Shown: one piece after another, positions 43,287-52,312 of the stretch
How positions within the stretch are numbered: the first letter of the stretch is position 1
How the letters are laid out: each line of letters opens with the position of its first letter
Origin: a virus
Direction: 5' to 3' (one strand)
IMG/VR virus record: IMGVR_UViG_3300045988_154312
Span: 128,001-192,000 of that record
DNA length: 64,000 nt
Made by a program: the position numbers and the translations under genes
The notes under the pieces: model-generated
What the model saw: only the letters and a program-made list of their open reading frames with translations
What the model was told of the DNA's origin: nothing
The model's database searches: none

Positions 43287-43487
43287 ATGAATCAATATTT
43301 AGTCGATCAGATTGTCGACCATAGCGACTGGATACGGTATACGCGTCCAAGGAAGATGTGTTATTCTGACGATATAAGCAAGAAATATGATCTAGATAAT
43401 ATAATCGTAGCAATTAGCGAAAGTTATTATAAATATAGTGCTGAATTATATTTACAATATTATATGTATTTAATAGTAGCAGAATAA
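43287..43487 (+). CDS. YY-tail family small protein
   Basis: C-terminus ...YSAELYLQYYMYLIVAE. Confidence 0.55.
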   Translation: MNQYLVDQIVDHSDWIRYTRPRKMCYSDDISKKYDLDNIIVAISESYYKYSAELYLQYYMYLIVAE

Positions 43488-43503
43488 ATGGAGGAAACTA
43501 ATA

Positions 43504-43767
43504 ATGAAATATTTAATACAAGAAAAAGTTGTCGGCGATATTAATCTTGAAATCGAAGCTTCCGATATGGTTAAAGCTGTTAAATTAGCTAGAAAATATA
43601 TCGAAGATAATTATAAAGATATTTTTATCGACTACGATTGTTTCCAAGAGAAACAAGTGTTTGGTTGTTCTGATCGAGAATTTAATAAAGACAGTAAAGA
43701 AGGATTTATTATGATTATTCGTGAAGACAAAAAAACAATGAGTCATTTTGAAATAAAAGTTAAATAA
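43504..43767 (+). CDS. Hypothetical small protein
   Basis: SD GGAGGAAA. 87 aa. Confidence 0.65.
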   Translation: MKYLIQEKVVGDINLEIEASDMVKAVKLARKYIEDNYKDIFIDYDCFQEKQVFGCSDREFNKDSKEGFIMIIREDKKTMSHFEIKVK

Positions 43768-43774
43768 AGTCGTT

Positions 43775-43978
43775 ATGAATAAGAATGAATTAATCGATAA
43801 TATTATCGATGCGGCCTGGATAATAAAAACAAAATATCCAAAATATATGCCGTCCCGAAACTTTCATATAGTCGACGTTATTACAAAAATTACTGTATAT
43901 AGTAATGGTAGTCAAGAAATTAACGGTATGATTTATTATAGCTATTATTTATTTTTAGGACATTTAGATTATGAATAA
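43775..43978 (+). CDS. YY-tail family small protein
   Basis: C-terminus ...NGMIYYSYYLFLGHLDYE. Confidence 0.6.
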   Translation: MNKNELIDNIIDAAWIIKTKYPKYMPSRNFHIVDVITKITVYSNGSQEINGMIYYSYYLFLGHLDYE

Positions 43979-44174
43979 ATCAAAGTTTTTCAATGAATTG
44001 GTATATTATAATATCGATAAATGTAAGATAAATAAATATGAAAAATATAATGTCGTTTATAATACTGGTTATAGTATTCTTAGGAATTATATTATTTATC
44101 GTAATGGCGACGAAAAATATAGTGCAAACATATATGTTTATTATTATCTATATTTAAGTTTAGAACATATATAA
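43971..44174 (+). CDS. YY-tail family small protein
   Basis: C-terminus ...YSANIYVYYYLYLSLEHI. Overlaps upstream gene end. Confidence 0.6.
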   Translation: MNKSKFFNELVYYNIDKCKINKYEKYNVVYNTGYSILRNYIIYRNGDEKYSANIYVYYYLYLSLEHI

Positions 44175-44186
44175 AGGAGGGATTAT

Positions 44187-44414
44187 ATGGAATGTTATAC
44201 TATATCTAAAAGAGAAATATTTATATCAGAAGTCAGAAGAATGACATCTAACGTTATGTGCATTTCATATTTCCCCCATCGGAATATTGAGCCGGCATAC
44301 TTTAATTTAATGGAAGGAATGTCTTATGACGGCGTAAAAAAAGATCCTTTATTCTTATACGATTATTATATATATTTATCTCTTCTAGAATTAGGATATT
44401 ATAATGAACCATAA
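44187..44414 (+). CDS. YY-tail family small protein
   Basis: SD AAGGAGGG. C-terminus ...LFLYDYYIYLSLLELGYYNEP. Confidence 0.65.
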   Translation: MECYTISKREIFISEVRRMTSNVMCISYFPHRNIEPAYFNLMEGMSYDGVKKDPLFLYDYYIYLSLLELGYYNEP

Positions 44415-44622
44415 ATTAAATAATATAGTTAGTAGAGAAAATTCAAAATTGCCTAATAAGATTTATAATAAATATATAGCAAGGCCAGATATTCAAGGCG
44501 ACTTATTAGTATATTATGATCTCGTATATGAATATGTATCTAATGGTATTGCATTATATGATTATTATATATTTTTAAATTATGTAGAATTAGGATACGA
44601 TAATGGACTGCAAAATAAATAA
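44404..44622 (+). CDS. YY-tail family small protein
   Basis: ...LPNKIYNKYIARP...IALYDYYIFLNYVELGYDNG. Confidence 0.6.
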   Translation: MNHKLNNIVSRENSKLPNKIYNKYIARPDIQGDLLVYYDLVYEYVSNGIALYDYYIFLNYVELGYDNGLQNK

Positions 44623-44797
44623 TATAATTTTTAATCATAATTTATTGTTACCTGATGAACTTTATAATAAATATATAATAAAACCAAATTTTTATAGTCG
44701 TATGGTAGTTTATTTCGGTCTTAGATATAAATACATATCTAATTCAAAAGAACTATATGACTATTATATATATTTATCATTAACAGGAACATTATGA
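44603..44797 (+). CDS. YY-tail family small protein
   Basis: ...LPDELYNKYIIKPNFY...KELYDYYIYLSLTGTL. Confidence 0.6.
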   Translation: MDCKINNIIFNHNLLLPDELYNKYIIKPNFYSRMVVYFGLRYKYISNSKELYDYYIYLSLTGTL

Positions 44798-45003
44798 AAG
44801 AATATCATTTATCAGAAGTATTAAGAATAACTTATCTTGTATACACTAAATATAATCGTAAGTATGATATAGATCTTAATTTTTTAATGTGTAGAAAATG
44901 AAATAATATTATCGTATATATAAATGAATATAACGATACGTATTCTGGTAACTTATATTATGATTATTATATATATTTAAGTTTAATGGATAACAGTATA
45001 TGA
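44794..45003 (+). pseudogene. YY-tail family member interrupted by in-frame TGA (close paralog of 52103..52312)
   Basis: MKEYHLSEVLRITYLVYTKYNRKYDIDLNFLMCRK*NNIIVYINEYNDTYSGNLYYDYYIYLSLMDNSI. TGA at 44899-44901 where the paralog has TTA (Leu). Confidence 0.6.
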
Positions 45004-45197
45004 ATTGGAAAATGAAGTATTATCTAATAAATTTTGAATATGATATAGTGAGCAATTCATTTAGATGTAATACACAAAAATATATACTAGTTAATAATTC
45101 AAAATTTTTATATAATATAAATCTTGATGACGATACAAGGAATAGTGGATTTTATTATTATTACTATATATACTTAATGTTTATTGACAAGAGCTAA
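45000..45197 (+). CDS. YY-tail family small protein
   Basis: C-terminus ...NSGFYYYYYIYLMFIDKS. Confidence 0.6.
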   Translation: MNWKMKYYLINFEYDIVSNSFRCNTQKYILVNNSKFLYNINLDDDTRNSGFYYYYYIYLMFIDKS

Positions 45198-45209
45198 TAA
45201 GGAGAATAT

Positions 45210-45572
45210 ATGAAATTTGATCGATGTTTATTAAACGACAACACATATCTTTTCTTAGGCTATGATAAAGGACAAGAAGTATATTGCTTGCGAAATATTA
45301 TATGCATTAGAATTAAAGGAGTTTTAATGGTCGACGCTAGTTTGTTAAGAGTAAGAAAACGCAGCGCCGATAGTTTTGATATTAAGATGACATTACATAT
45401 TAATAGTAATAATGAAGTGTATAGATCATCCTATATATCGTTAAAACATCCTAATAAAAGTATTGTTATTAGAGATGACGACAGTCATCGTAAGGAATAT
45501 ATATTAGCATTAAGAAACTATATTATGGAATATAACAATATAGAACTATTAAGGAGTGAAAATATGTGTTAA
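45210..45572 (+). CDS. Hypothetical small protein
   Basis: SD AAGGAGAA. 120 aa. Confidence 0.65.
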   Translation: MKFDRCLLNDNTYLFLGYDKGQEVYCLRNIICIRIKGVLMVDASLLRVRKRSADSFDIKMTLHINSNNEVYRSSYISLKHPNKSIVIRDDDSHRKEYILALRNYIMEYNNIELLRSENMC

Positions 45573-45886
45573 ACTTAATTTCAAAGTATCAAGACGATAT
45601 TAAAAACTTTATTATTAATAAATATAGTCTAGGTAAAAAAAAATATAATTTCGATTATTTTTGTGAATCAGTTTTTAATTTAAAAGAACTTGATCTTTAC
45701 TATAAAAATGCTTGTCATTGTAAAATTATAAAATATAGTTGGCATCATGATAAAGAAGATCCATATCCTAAAAATATTGTTATACAATTTGAAAATAAAG
45801 AAACATTAAAAGATGTATCTCTTGATGATTTATTTTTAACAAAAAGTTCGTTAAAACAATACAATTGGTTTTTTAAAGAGAATTAA
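45566..45886 (+). CDS. Hypothetical protein, paralog of 50086..50538 C-terminal domain
   Basis: GTG start after AAGGAG. Shared CKI(I/V)KY.W...LFLT..SL..Y.WFFKE. Confidence 0.6.
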   Translation: MLNLISKYQDDIKNFIINKYSLGKKKYNFDYFCESVFNLKELDLYYKNACHCKIIKYSWHHDKEDPYPKNIVIQFENKETLKDVSLDDLFLTKSSLKQYNWFFKEN

Positions 45887-45901
45887 TAAGAAAGAACGCA
45901 C

Positions 45902-46231
45902 ATGAAACATTTATATTGTAAAGAAAAATTCGACAAAGAAAAATATGATCATATATTAAAATTAAAAGTATTAATATCTCAATGTAATTGCGGTAGTATG
46001 CTTCTATATCTTAATAAAATAATGGTTAAATTAGAAGCAATTGAACGCATCGAGTTCGATAAAAATAATGAATATCAATTAACATTATATATTCATTATC
46101 AAAAAAACAATAAAGATCTTTATGAAATCATCGAAGTAAAATTTGAAGATTATGAAGAATTCGAAGAATATAAAGAAATGATCGGCGACATTTTCTGTTA
46201 TACATTTATTAACGAAGAAGCGACTTATTAA
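45902..46231 (+). CDS. Hypothetical small protein
   Basis: 109-aa ORF in co-directional array. Confidence 0.6.
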   Translation: MKHLYCKEKFDKEKYDHILKLKVLISQCNCGSMLLYLNKIMVKLEAIERIEFDKNNEYQLTLYIHYQKNNKDLYEIIEVKFEDYEEFEEYKEMIGDIFCYTFINEEATY

Positions 46232-46242
46232 GGAGTAAAATT

Positions 46243-46557
46243 ATGGTACTAGAATTCTTAAGCGAAACCGATGCTCTTAATGCTTTTACATTTCATGGAC
46301 AAGATGTATTTAAAAGATTAAGAGAGCATCCATTATTCGTAGAAATTGAAAAAGAATATACACCGATAAAAGGCGAATCTATATTTAGTATCGGCTATGA
46401 TTCTGGACTAGAAAATCGTTATGTTACACGATTTATTAAAATAAAACGATATAAGAATTATGTGCGATTAATTCCAGAAAACGATACATATAATTGGATC
46501 GCAAAAGAATTAATCGATTTATTTATTTCCGATATGAAGTATAATGTTATTGTATAA
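46243..46557 (+). CDS. Hypothetical small protein
   Basis: SD AAGGAG. Confidence 0.65.
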   Translation: MVLEFLSETDALNAFTFHGQDVFKRLREHPLFVEIEKEYTPIKGESIFSIGYDSGLENRYVTRFIKIKRYKNYVRLIPENDTYNWIAKELIDLFISDMKYNVIV

Positions 46558-46569
46558 GGAGTAAAAACT

Positions 46570-46779
46570 ATGAAAAATTACGACCATGTTATAAAAAACA
46601 AAATATTACCTGGCGGCAAGCTTATATCTGATTATCAGATTATGACAGGAAACGGCTTGAACGAAGTGGAGTTGGAATATATCGACGAAGTCGGTATTTT
46701 GCCAGTAGCCCCAAAAGATCAATGGATTATCCCGAAAGGCTACGTAGTTGATTTAGATGGCTGCGTTAAAAAAGCATGA
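46570..46779 (+). CDS. Hypothetical small protein
   Basis: SD AAGGAG. Confidence 0.65.
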   Translation: MKNYDHVIKNKILPGGKLISDYQIMTGNGLNEVELEYIDEVGILPVAPKDQWIIPKGYVVDLDGCVKKA

Positions 46780-47084
46780 GAGATAAAAGTTACGCAATAG
46801 TATTTTATCACTATGATAAGAATAATAATTTTCATTACGGCGTTATTTCTTGTGAATACGGTTTTATGCGTCAATTATATTCTGCGTATTATACATATAT
46901 GACAGCTAGTATTGACTGTATGATTTCGATAATCGATGCTAACGAATTAAAGTATTTAGAAGAAATGGAACTAGCTTATGACGATCCAAATTATTATGCT
47001 AATGAAATACAAATGGCTATCGAAGAATGTAGCGTAACAGAATTGATTAAAAAATTAAATAAAAGAAGGGAAACTATACTATGA
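46776..47084 (+). CDS. Hypothetical small protein
   Basis: ATGA overlap with upstream gene. Confidence 0.6.
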   Translation: MRDKSYAIVFYHYDKNNNFHYGVISCEYGFMRQLYSAYYTYMTASIDCMISIIDANELKYLEEMELAYDDPNYYANEIQMAIEECSVTELIKKLNKRRETIL

Positions 47085-47302
47085 AAATATTATTAGCAGG
47101 ATTAATTATTGCTTTATTTACAGTATCAGCTATTGCCGCAAAAATATTAGGTATCGCAACAGTAATTGCTTTTGTATTAGCGTTAATCGGTTTATTCGAT
47201 GTACAAATGAGTACGGCTATTAATTTATTATTATTAACAGTCGGCGCCGGAACTTTTGCAATTATTTTAATGGCTATCGGTAAAGTATTAGCATTTAGAT
47301 AA
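47081..47302 (+). CDS. Small two-TM membrane protein
   Basis: ATGA overlap. Almost entirely hydrophobic (LLAGLIIALFTVSAIAA...LLLLTVGAGTFAIILMAIG). Confidence 0.6.
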   Translation: MKILLAGLIIALFTVSAIAAKILGIATVIAFVLALIGLFDVQMSTAINLLLLTVGAGTFAIILMAIGKVLAFR

Positions 47303-47303
47303 T

Positions 47304-47480
47304 ATGAATAAAAAACTATATCATGATATAACAAAACATATATATAGTATAAGTCTTAATAGAGATTTCGATAGATTTTTAATAGTACTTAATCTTAATA
47401 TAGATTTAACTAAAATATATGATAGCGAGATATACTATACTTTATATAAATATTATCTATATATAATGATTAAGATATAA
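47304..47480 (+). CDS. YY-tail family small protein (58 aa, below ORF-track cutoff)
   Basis: MNKKLYHDITKH...DSEIYYTLYKYYLYIMIKI. Confidence 0.5.
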   Translation: MNKKLYHDITKHIYSISLNRDFDRFLIVLNLNIDLTKIYDSEIYYTLYKYYLYIMIKI

Positions 47481-47490
47481 AAGGTTTTGT

Positions 47491-47688
47491 ATGAAAAATA
47501 GATTAGAACAGATCTTAGTAAATATTGAATACAATATGAGAAATGACTATTACTGCTATAGTATTATTAAAAAATATCGTATAAATAATAATATTAGATT
47601 TAATCTTGGCGACGAAGATAGCTTTTTATTTGTCGATGAAAATTATTACTACTATTATATATATTTATGTATATTTAATATATCTTAG
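47491..47688 (+). CDS. YY-tail family small protein
   Basis: C-terminus ...DENYYYYYIYLCIFNIS. Confidence 0.6.
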   Translation: MKNRLEQILVNIEYNMRNDYYCYSIIKKYRINNNIRFNLGDEDSFLFVDENYYYYYIYLCIFNIS

Positions 47689-47715
47689 TATTAATATATA
47701 TTTAACGAGGTGATT

Positions 47716-48330
47716 ATGAAAAGTTCAAACGATACGAGTTTAGATTACTCGTTAAAACATATGCTAAATAAAAACGACTATAAGATTGTGTATTATGGTC
47801 AACATATTATGAAAAATGACGATTGTTATTTGTATGACTATCATACAGAAATAGAGCATAAAAATAGTCCTTATCTTATTAGTATTTTTCGAGAAGGTAA
47901 GGCGTCGCGTTTTTACGAAGATAATAAAGATTATTATTTCGTAAAAATCGTAAATCAATTAAATAACGATCAAATATCTTATCAAAGAATTAGCGAACGT
48001 TCTGAAGACGTAATTAAATATATCGTTAATAAATTATATGTTTTTAAAAATAATCAAGATATAGATTTATTAAAAGAATTTAAAGATCGATATACTAATA
48101 TATTTGTTACAGAAGACAATAAAATATGTTTATTATTTGTTGCCAACAATAAATTCACAAATTTTATTATTAAATATGAAGACAAAGAATATAAATTTAT
48201 TATTTCGTTAGACGGTTGTGATAGAGCCGAAAGAACTGCTAATAATAGAATAGAATTAATTAATCGTATCGAAGAACGATTAATGGAATTTGATGATATT
48301 ACAGAAGGCATTAGGAGCGATATAAAATAA
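47716..48330 (+). CDS. Hypothetical protein
   Basis: ATG 47716 after GAGGTG (the GTG at 47710 is an alternative start). 204 aa. Confidence 0.6.
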   Translation: MKSSNDTSLDYSLKHMLNKNDYKIVYYGQHIMKNDDCYLYDYHTEIEHKNSPYLISIFREGKASRFYEDNKDYYFVKIVNQLNNDQISYQRISERSEDVIKYIVNKLYVFKNNQDIDLLKEFKDRYTNIFVTEDNKICLLFVANNKFTNFIIKYEDKEYKFIISLDGCDRAERTANNRIELINRIEERLMEFDDITEGIRSDIK

Positions 48331-48659
48331 TGGCTATTGAATTTAAATTTGATGAAGATATAAAGTTAATATATCAAGATTTTACGTACGATATATTTAT
48401 TGACGATCATTGCACAAAATATGAAATATATGATAGCGGAAATGCCGTAACTGGATATATTCGTTTATTTATATTAAATAAAGAAACTAATTATATTAAA
48501 ATTCTTAACGATATTTTTATCGAAATTGATCGTAATAATAATTTTATCTATATAGATCGAGATAATATTAGAGATGAATTATATCTTGTCCAATTATTAG
48601 AATTGAACGAAATTAAAAAATCTATATATAACTATATCGACAATATATCAGGATATTAA
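48330..48659 (+). CDS. Hypothetical small protein
   Basis: TAATG overlap with upstream gene. Confidence 0.6.
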   Translation: MAIEFKFDEDIKLIYQDFTYDIFIDDHCTKYEIYDSGNAVTGYIRLFILNKETNYIKILNDIFIEIDRNNNFIYIDRDNIRDELYLVQLLELNEIKKSIYNYIDNISGY

Positions 48660-48667
48660 TATGAAAA

Positions 48668-48874
48668 ATGAACGATAAAATAAGAAAAATAATTTTTAAT
48701 TATAATCTACAAATGCCTTGTGAACTTTATAATAAGTATATAATACGCTCAAATATGTATAATCGTATGATAATTTGTTTTAGTGCTAAACATAATTGTT
48801 CATCTAAAACAAAAGAATTATATGATTATTATATATTTTTAAATTGTATGGATATAATTAGACGAAATTACTAA
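48668..48874 (+). CDS. YY-tail family small protein
   Basis: ...MPCELYNKYIIRSNMY...KELYDYYIFLNCMDII. Close paralog of the 44603 gene. Confidence 0.6.
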   Translation: MNDKIRKIIFNYNLQMPCELYNKYIIRSNMYNRMIICFSAKHNCSSKTKELYDYYIFLNCMDIIRRNY

Positions 48875-48889
48875 TAAGGAGGCGATCAT

Positions 48890-49222
48890 ATGAACTTCGA
48901 ATATAATAAAGAGAAATACATGTATAAAAATATTAAAGACGAATTACCATTCGATGATGATAGTTATATGTGGCGAAGTGATGAATACGGGCTATATGGC
49001 GTTGAATTTTATCCGGTAGAAGCACCAGGATCAAACGGTAAATTAGCTCAATGCTTCGGAAAGAATTTAGCTTTAGAAAGTTATGCATCTTACGATTCTA
49101 TGTATTTAACAGAGAAATCTGCAATCGACTTCGAAATCGATAAGATTATTTTTAAAAATATCACGAATCAAAAAGAACTTAATTATATGTATGAATTATT
49201 AATGTTAAAACAAAATGAATAG
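48890..49222 (+). CDS. Hypothetical small protein
   Basis: SD AAGGAGG. Confidence 0.65.
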   Translation: MNFEYNKEKYMYKNIKDELPFDDDSYMWRSDEYGLYGVEFYPVEAPGSNGKLAQCFGKNLALESYASYDSMYLTEKSAIDFEIDKIIFKNITNQKELNYMYELLMLKQNE

Positions 49223-49418
49223 TCAAAAAATAAAACTTTTAAGAAATACTTGTGAAGGCCATATTTTAAATTTGGATAATCATATATATATAAAATATGC
49301 ATTATCGACAAACATTGAAAAAGATGGACTTGACCGTATTGAATCTGACGATGTTCTTTTTATGGGTCTTAGTTTTATATATAATTATTACATATATTTA
49401 AGTTATGTAGAATTATAA
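49215..49418 (+). CDS. YY-tail family small protein
   Basis: C-terminus ...LSFIYNYYIYLSYVEL. Confidence 0.6.
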   Translation: MNSQKIKLLRNTCEGHILNLDNHIYIKYALSTNIEKDGLDRIESDDVLFMGLSFIYNYYIYLSYVEL

Positions 49419-49432
49419 AAAGGATTAATAAT

Positions 49433-49762
49433 ATGTATAATAGTAATTGTTATTTAAATTTTAGGACTGATTTATTTGCCGACACTTTTTTTAACGTAAT
49501 TCAAAAACATCATGACCTAGAAATTCGTTGTGAACAAGCATTATGGGTACCGTTCGATTATTTATTGTATAAGAATACTATTACAATAAAATATAAAAAT
49601 CAATATAACGAAGAACTAACATTAATTCTCAATAAAGATAACGAAATAATAAAAGCAACGACCGTCGTTAAAGAAAAATATCCAGAAGACGGCACCGATT
49701 CGTTTTATTTTATCAATGCATTTCAAGAAGTAATGTTCAACGATTATTTTTTAAAGGATTAA
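49433..49762 (+). CDS. Hypothetical small protein (paralog of next gene)
   Basis: Ends ...MFNDYFLKD. The next gene ends ...FYNDYFIGE. Confidence 0.6.
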   Translation: MYNSNCYLNFRTDLFADTFFNVIQKHHDLEIRCEQALWVPFDYLLYKNTITIKYKNQYNEELTLILNKDNEIIKATTVVKEKYPEDGTDSFYFINAFQEVMFNDYFLKD

Positions 49763-49766
49763 TATT

Positions 49767-50084
49767 ATGTATATAAGATTTAAAACAAAAAAATTCGCTA
49801 CTGAATTTATTGATGCAGTAAAAAAGAGCGCAGGAAAATCATTCTATTTTAAAGAATTCGGTACATGGGATTTTTATTATATCAACGAAAAAGAAAACGG
49901 AATCGTAATATCATATCGAAATAGAAAAACAGATTATATTATAATAATAAATATTTTTATTGATAAGTATATGAAAAATCAAATAATTTTTAATACGTAC
50001 GAAGGATATGATTCTATATATACTCCGTTATTTTATAATGAATATAAACAATTATTTTATAACGATTATTTTATCGGTGAATAA
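49767..50084 (+). CDS. Hypothetical small protein (paralog of previous gene)
   Basis: Similar length and shared N- and C-terminal motifs. Confidence 0.6.
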   Translation: MYIRFKTKKFATEFIDAVKKSAGKSFYFKEFGTWDFYYINEKENGIVISYRNRKTDYIIIINIFIDKYMKNQIIFNTYEGYDSIYTPLFYNEYKQLFYNDYFIGE

Positions 50085-50085
50085 A

Positions 50086-50538
50086 ATGGATGAACACATA
50101 ATAGAAAATAAAAACTTTTGGGATATTATGTTTAATGAATTAGATAAGACTACCAATGAAGATTGGAAAAAATTTGTCGAAAAGCATGACGAGGAAAGGA
50201 ATAAAAAAATGGATAAACAATTATTTTTAAGATATCGAGATCATTTTGATAATCTTATCAGAGAAAAATATCTTCTCGACAACAAAACATATGACTTCGA
50301 TAACTACGATATCGAAGATTTTGAATTTGAAAAATTAGATTTTTATTATGACGACGGCCGTGAATGTAAAATCGTAAAATACGATTGGGACGGCGAAGGA
50401 AAATGGTCTTATATTAATAACATTACAATTCGTTTTTCTAACGGCGAAATAATGGAGCACGTAAGCGGATATCATCTTTTCTTAACAGTAGAATCATTAG
50501 AAAAATATGGCTGGTTCTTTAAAGAAGACGACTATTAA
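50086..50538 (+). CDS. Hypothetical protein, C-terminal domain paralogous to 45566 gene
   Basis: In-frame ATG 50086 (MDEHIIENKNF...) directly after the upstream stop. Confidence 0.6.
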   Translation: MDEHIIENKNFWDIMFNELDKTTNEDWKKFVEKHDEERNKKMDKQLFLRYRDHFDNLIREKYLLDNKTYDFDNYDIEDFEFEKLDFYYDDGRECKIVKYDWDGEGKWSYINNITIRFSNGEIMEHVSGYHLFLTVESLEKYGWFFKEDDY

Positions 50539-50552
50539 TAGTATTTTGTCAA

Positions 50553-50720
50553 ATGAACGATAAACTAATAAGAATGATAAATAAGTTTCATAGGCACCAT
50601 TGTGAATCATATACTGGATATTATCGAACATATAGTATTAGATTTAATGTATCTCCTAACTATGTTAAATATATGCCCGATATATTATTTCATTATTATG
50701 AGTATTATACTTATATATAA
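50553..50720 (+). CDS. YY-tail family small protein (55 aa, below ORF-track cutoff)
   Basis: MNDKLIRMINKF...MPDILFHYYEYYTYI. Confidence 0.45.
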   Translation: MNDKLIRMINKFHRHHCESYTGYYRTYSIRFNVSPNYVKYMPDILFHYYEYYTYI

Positions 50721-50731
50721 AGGAGAGATTT

Positions 50732-50944
50732 ATGAGATATAAAGTCGTATTTACTAAATTTAAAGGATTGAATCATTTCGAAGAAACCGAAAGTGCCAGC
50801 GACATAATCAAAGAATTCGTTAAACAAAACAATGCTTTAAAAATAAGAAATATTTTTACCGAAGATAATATTACCTTTGGTAAAGTTCAAGATCTCGATG
50901 GTTTTGATTACGGTATGATTATTATTAAAGAAGTTGCATCATGA
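50732..50944 (+). CDS. Hypothetical small protein
   Basis: SD AAAGGAGAG. Confidence 0.65.
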   Translation: MRYKVVFTKFKGLNHFEETESASDIIKEFVKQNNALKIRNIFTEDNITFGKVQDLDGFDYGMIIIKEVAS

Positions 50945-51126
50945 TTAAAATAATAAATCAAAAGTTAGTCGATGCCGTTTTTAAATACGATGATTATGAG
51001 CCTAACGATCTTGTTCAATATTTAACGTGCGAAAATTTCGAAGAAAAATATTATACATATATGTATACTAATGGTGAATATTATTACTATTTTTATCTAT
51101 CAATAGGATTAATTTGTAATCTATAA
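50941..51126 (+). CDS. YY-tail family small protein
   Basis: ATGA overlap. C-terminus ...NGEYYYYFYLSIGLICNL. Confidence 0.6.
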   Translation: MIKIINQKLVDAVFKYDDYEPNDLVQYLTCENFEEKYYTYMYTNGEYYYYFYLSIGLICNL

Positions 51127-51148
51127 AAGCGAACATATATCCGCTTTT
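51125..51148 (+). terminator. Weak terminator-like hairpin
   Basis: aaaagcg/cgctttt stem with a short T run. Confidence 0.35.
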
Positions 51149-51185
51149 AAGAATTTATGCAGTTTAATAATAATAGCAGGATTTT

Positions 51186-51214
51186 TTGTAAAAAAAAGTA
51201 TTTTATGATATAAT
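51186..51214 (+). promoter_or_regulatory. Sigma-A/sigma-70-like promoter with extended -10
   Basis: TTGTAA, 17 nt (ending TGA), then TATAAT. Lies in the only sizeable gap of the small-gene array. Confidence 0.5.
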
Positions 51215-51247
51215 AAAAGGTTATGATATACTAATAAGGAGAATAAT

Positions 51248-51478
51248 ATGACTGAAAAAGAAGCAATAATTATCGAAGAAATATATTTAATAGAAAATTA
51301 ATTAAAAGAAAAAACATTAGATTATTTTCTCGATAAATATTATGGCGGTAAAACCTTAGAAAAATTACAACCATTTCAACGAGAAAAAATATTAAAATGG
51401 ATGCAGTCATGTCTCGAAAACGAAGAGATGGCTCTCGATAATATTAGTAGTTGGGCTTTAGAACATGGATATTTCTAA
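51248..51478 (+). pseudogene. Small gene interrupted by in-frame TAA at codon 18
   Basis: SD AAGGAGAA. MTEKEAIIIEEIYLIEN*LKEKTLDYFLDKYYGGKTLEKLQPFQREKILKWMQSCLENEEMALDNISSWALEHGYF. TAA at 51299-51301. Confidence 0.5.
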
Positions 51479-51481
51479 ATC

Positions 51482-51703
51482 ATGACTGATAAATTTATAG
51501 AAAAAGTATACATTACGTTACAAATTAAAATATCGTTAGATATATTTAATCAGGATCTCGAGCGTTTTTTAATGGAAACAAATGCCAGAAAATTATATCG
51601 TATATATATTTTAACTAATAAAAATCAGAAATATGATGATTACTATGGCTATTATCTATACTTATTACTATGTACCGATACTTTATTGGAAGGAATAATA
51701 TAA
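51482..51703 (+). CDS. YY-tail family small protein
   Basis: ...KYDDYYGYYLYLLLCTDTLLEGII. Confidence 0.55.
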   Translation: MTDKFIEKVYITLQIKISLDIFNQDLERFLMETNARKLYRIYILTNKNQKYDDYYGYYLYLLLCTDTLLEGII

Positions 51704-51903
51704 TGTATACTGATAAGCTAGTAAAATATATGTCTTTAAAAAACGATCAGTATTATAAAGACGGTAATACTAAATATCTTTCGCTTAATAATTTAAATAA
51801 TCCTAAAGCGATATTTTCATATAAAGCGTATCAGGATCAAGAAGGAATAGCATATAGTGCCAATATATACTACTGGTATTATCTATGCTTAATATTAATA
51901 TGA
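51703..51903 (+). CDS. YY-tail family small protein
   Basis: TAATG overlap start (MYTDKLVKYM...). C-terminus ...YSANIYYWYYLCLILI. Confidence 0.55.
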   Translation: MYTDKLVKYMSLKNDQYYKDGNTKYLSLNNLNNPKAIFSYKAYQDQEGIAYSANIYYWYYLCLILI

Positions 51904-52106
51904 ATGGAAAAACAAATGAATTTAAGTTTTCATTAAAATTATTTGATCGTAAAATAAAAAGTAATAGCATATATATAAAATTAACACCAACAATTAATTG
52001 TCGAACAGTATATATTTTATTTATTAAAAATATAAAATATCGTAAATTATATTATTATTATATATATTATACATATTTATCATTATTAGATGTAGACACA
52101 CTATGA
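51900..52106 (+). CDS. YY-tail family small protein
   Basis: ATGA overlap start (MNGKTNEF...). C-terminus ...RKLYYYYIYYTYLSLLDVDTL. Confidence 0.55.
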   Translation: MNGKTNEFKFSLKLFDRKIKSNSIYIKLTPTINCRTVYILFIKNIKYRKLYYYYIYYTYLSLLDVDTL

Positions 52107-52312
52107 AAGAATATCATTTATCAGAAATATTAAGGATATCTTATCTTGTATATACTAGATATAATCGTAAGTACGATATAGATCTTAATCTTTTAATATG
52201 TAGAAAATTAAACAATACTGTCGTATATATAAATGAATATAACGACAAATATTCTGGTAACTTATATTATGATTATTATATATTTTTATTGTTGTTAGGT
52301 AATATCGAATGA
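52103..52312 (+). CDS. YY-tail family small protein (intact paralog of pseudogene 44794)
   Basis: C-terminus ...YSGNLYYDYYIFLLLLGNIE. Confidence 0.6.
   Translation: MKEYHLSEILRISYLVYTRYNRKYDIDLNLLICRKLNNTVVYINEYNDKYSGNLYYDYYIFLLLLGNIE

Noticed and set aside
43207-43413. 68-aa minus-strand ORF
   Set aside because: It overlaps the hairpin-GAAATCTC motif and the 5' half of the YY-tail gene 43287..43487, and is antisense to the co-directional array.
47074-47334. 86-aa minus-strand ORF opposite the two-TM protein gene
   Set aside because: It is an antisense artefact of a hydrophobic codon run. The + strand ORF has ATGA coupling to its neighbours.
34769-51301. Stop-codon reassignment (alternative genetic code) to explain the in-frame stops
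   Set aside because: The three interruptions use three different stop codons. TAG, TGA and TAA all terminate well-supported genes elsewhere in the window, and ATGA/TAATG start-stop overlaps are frequent.
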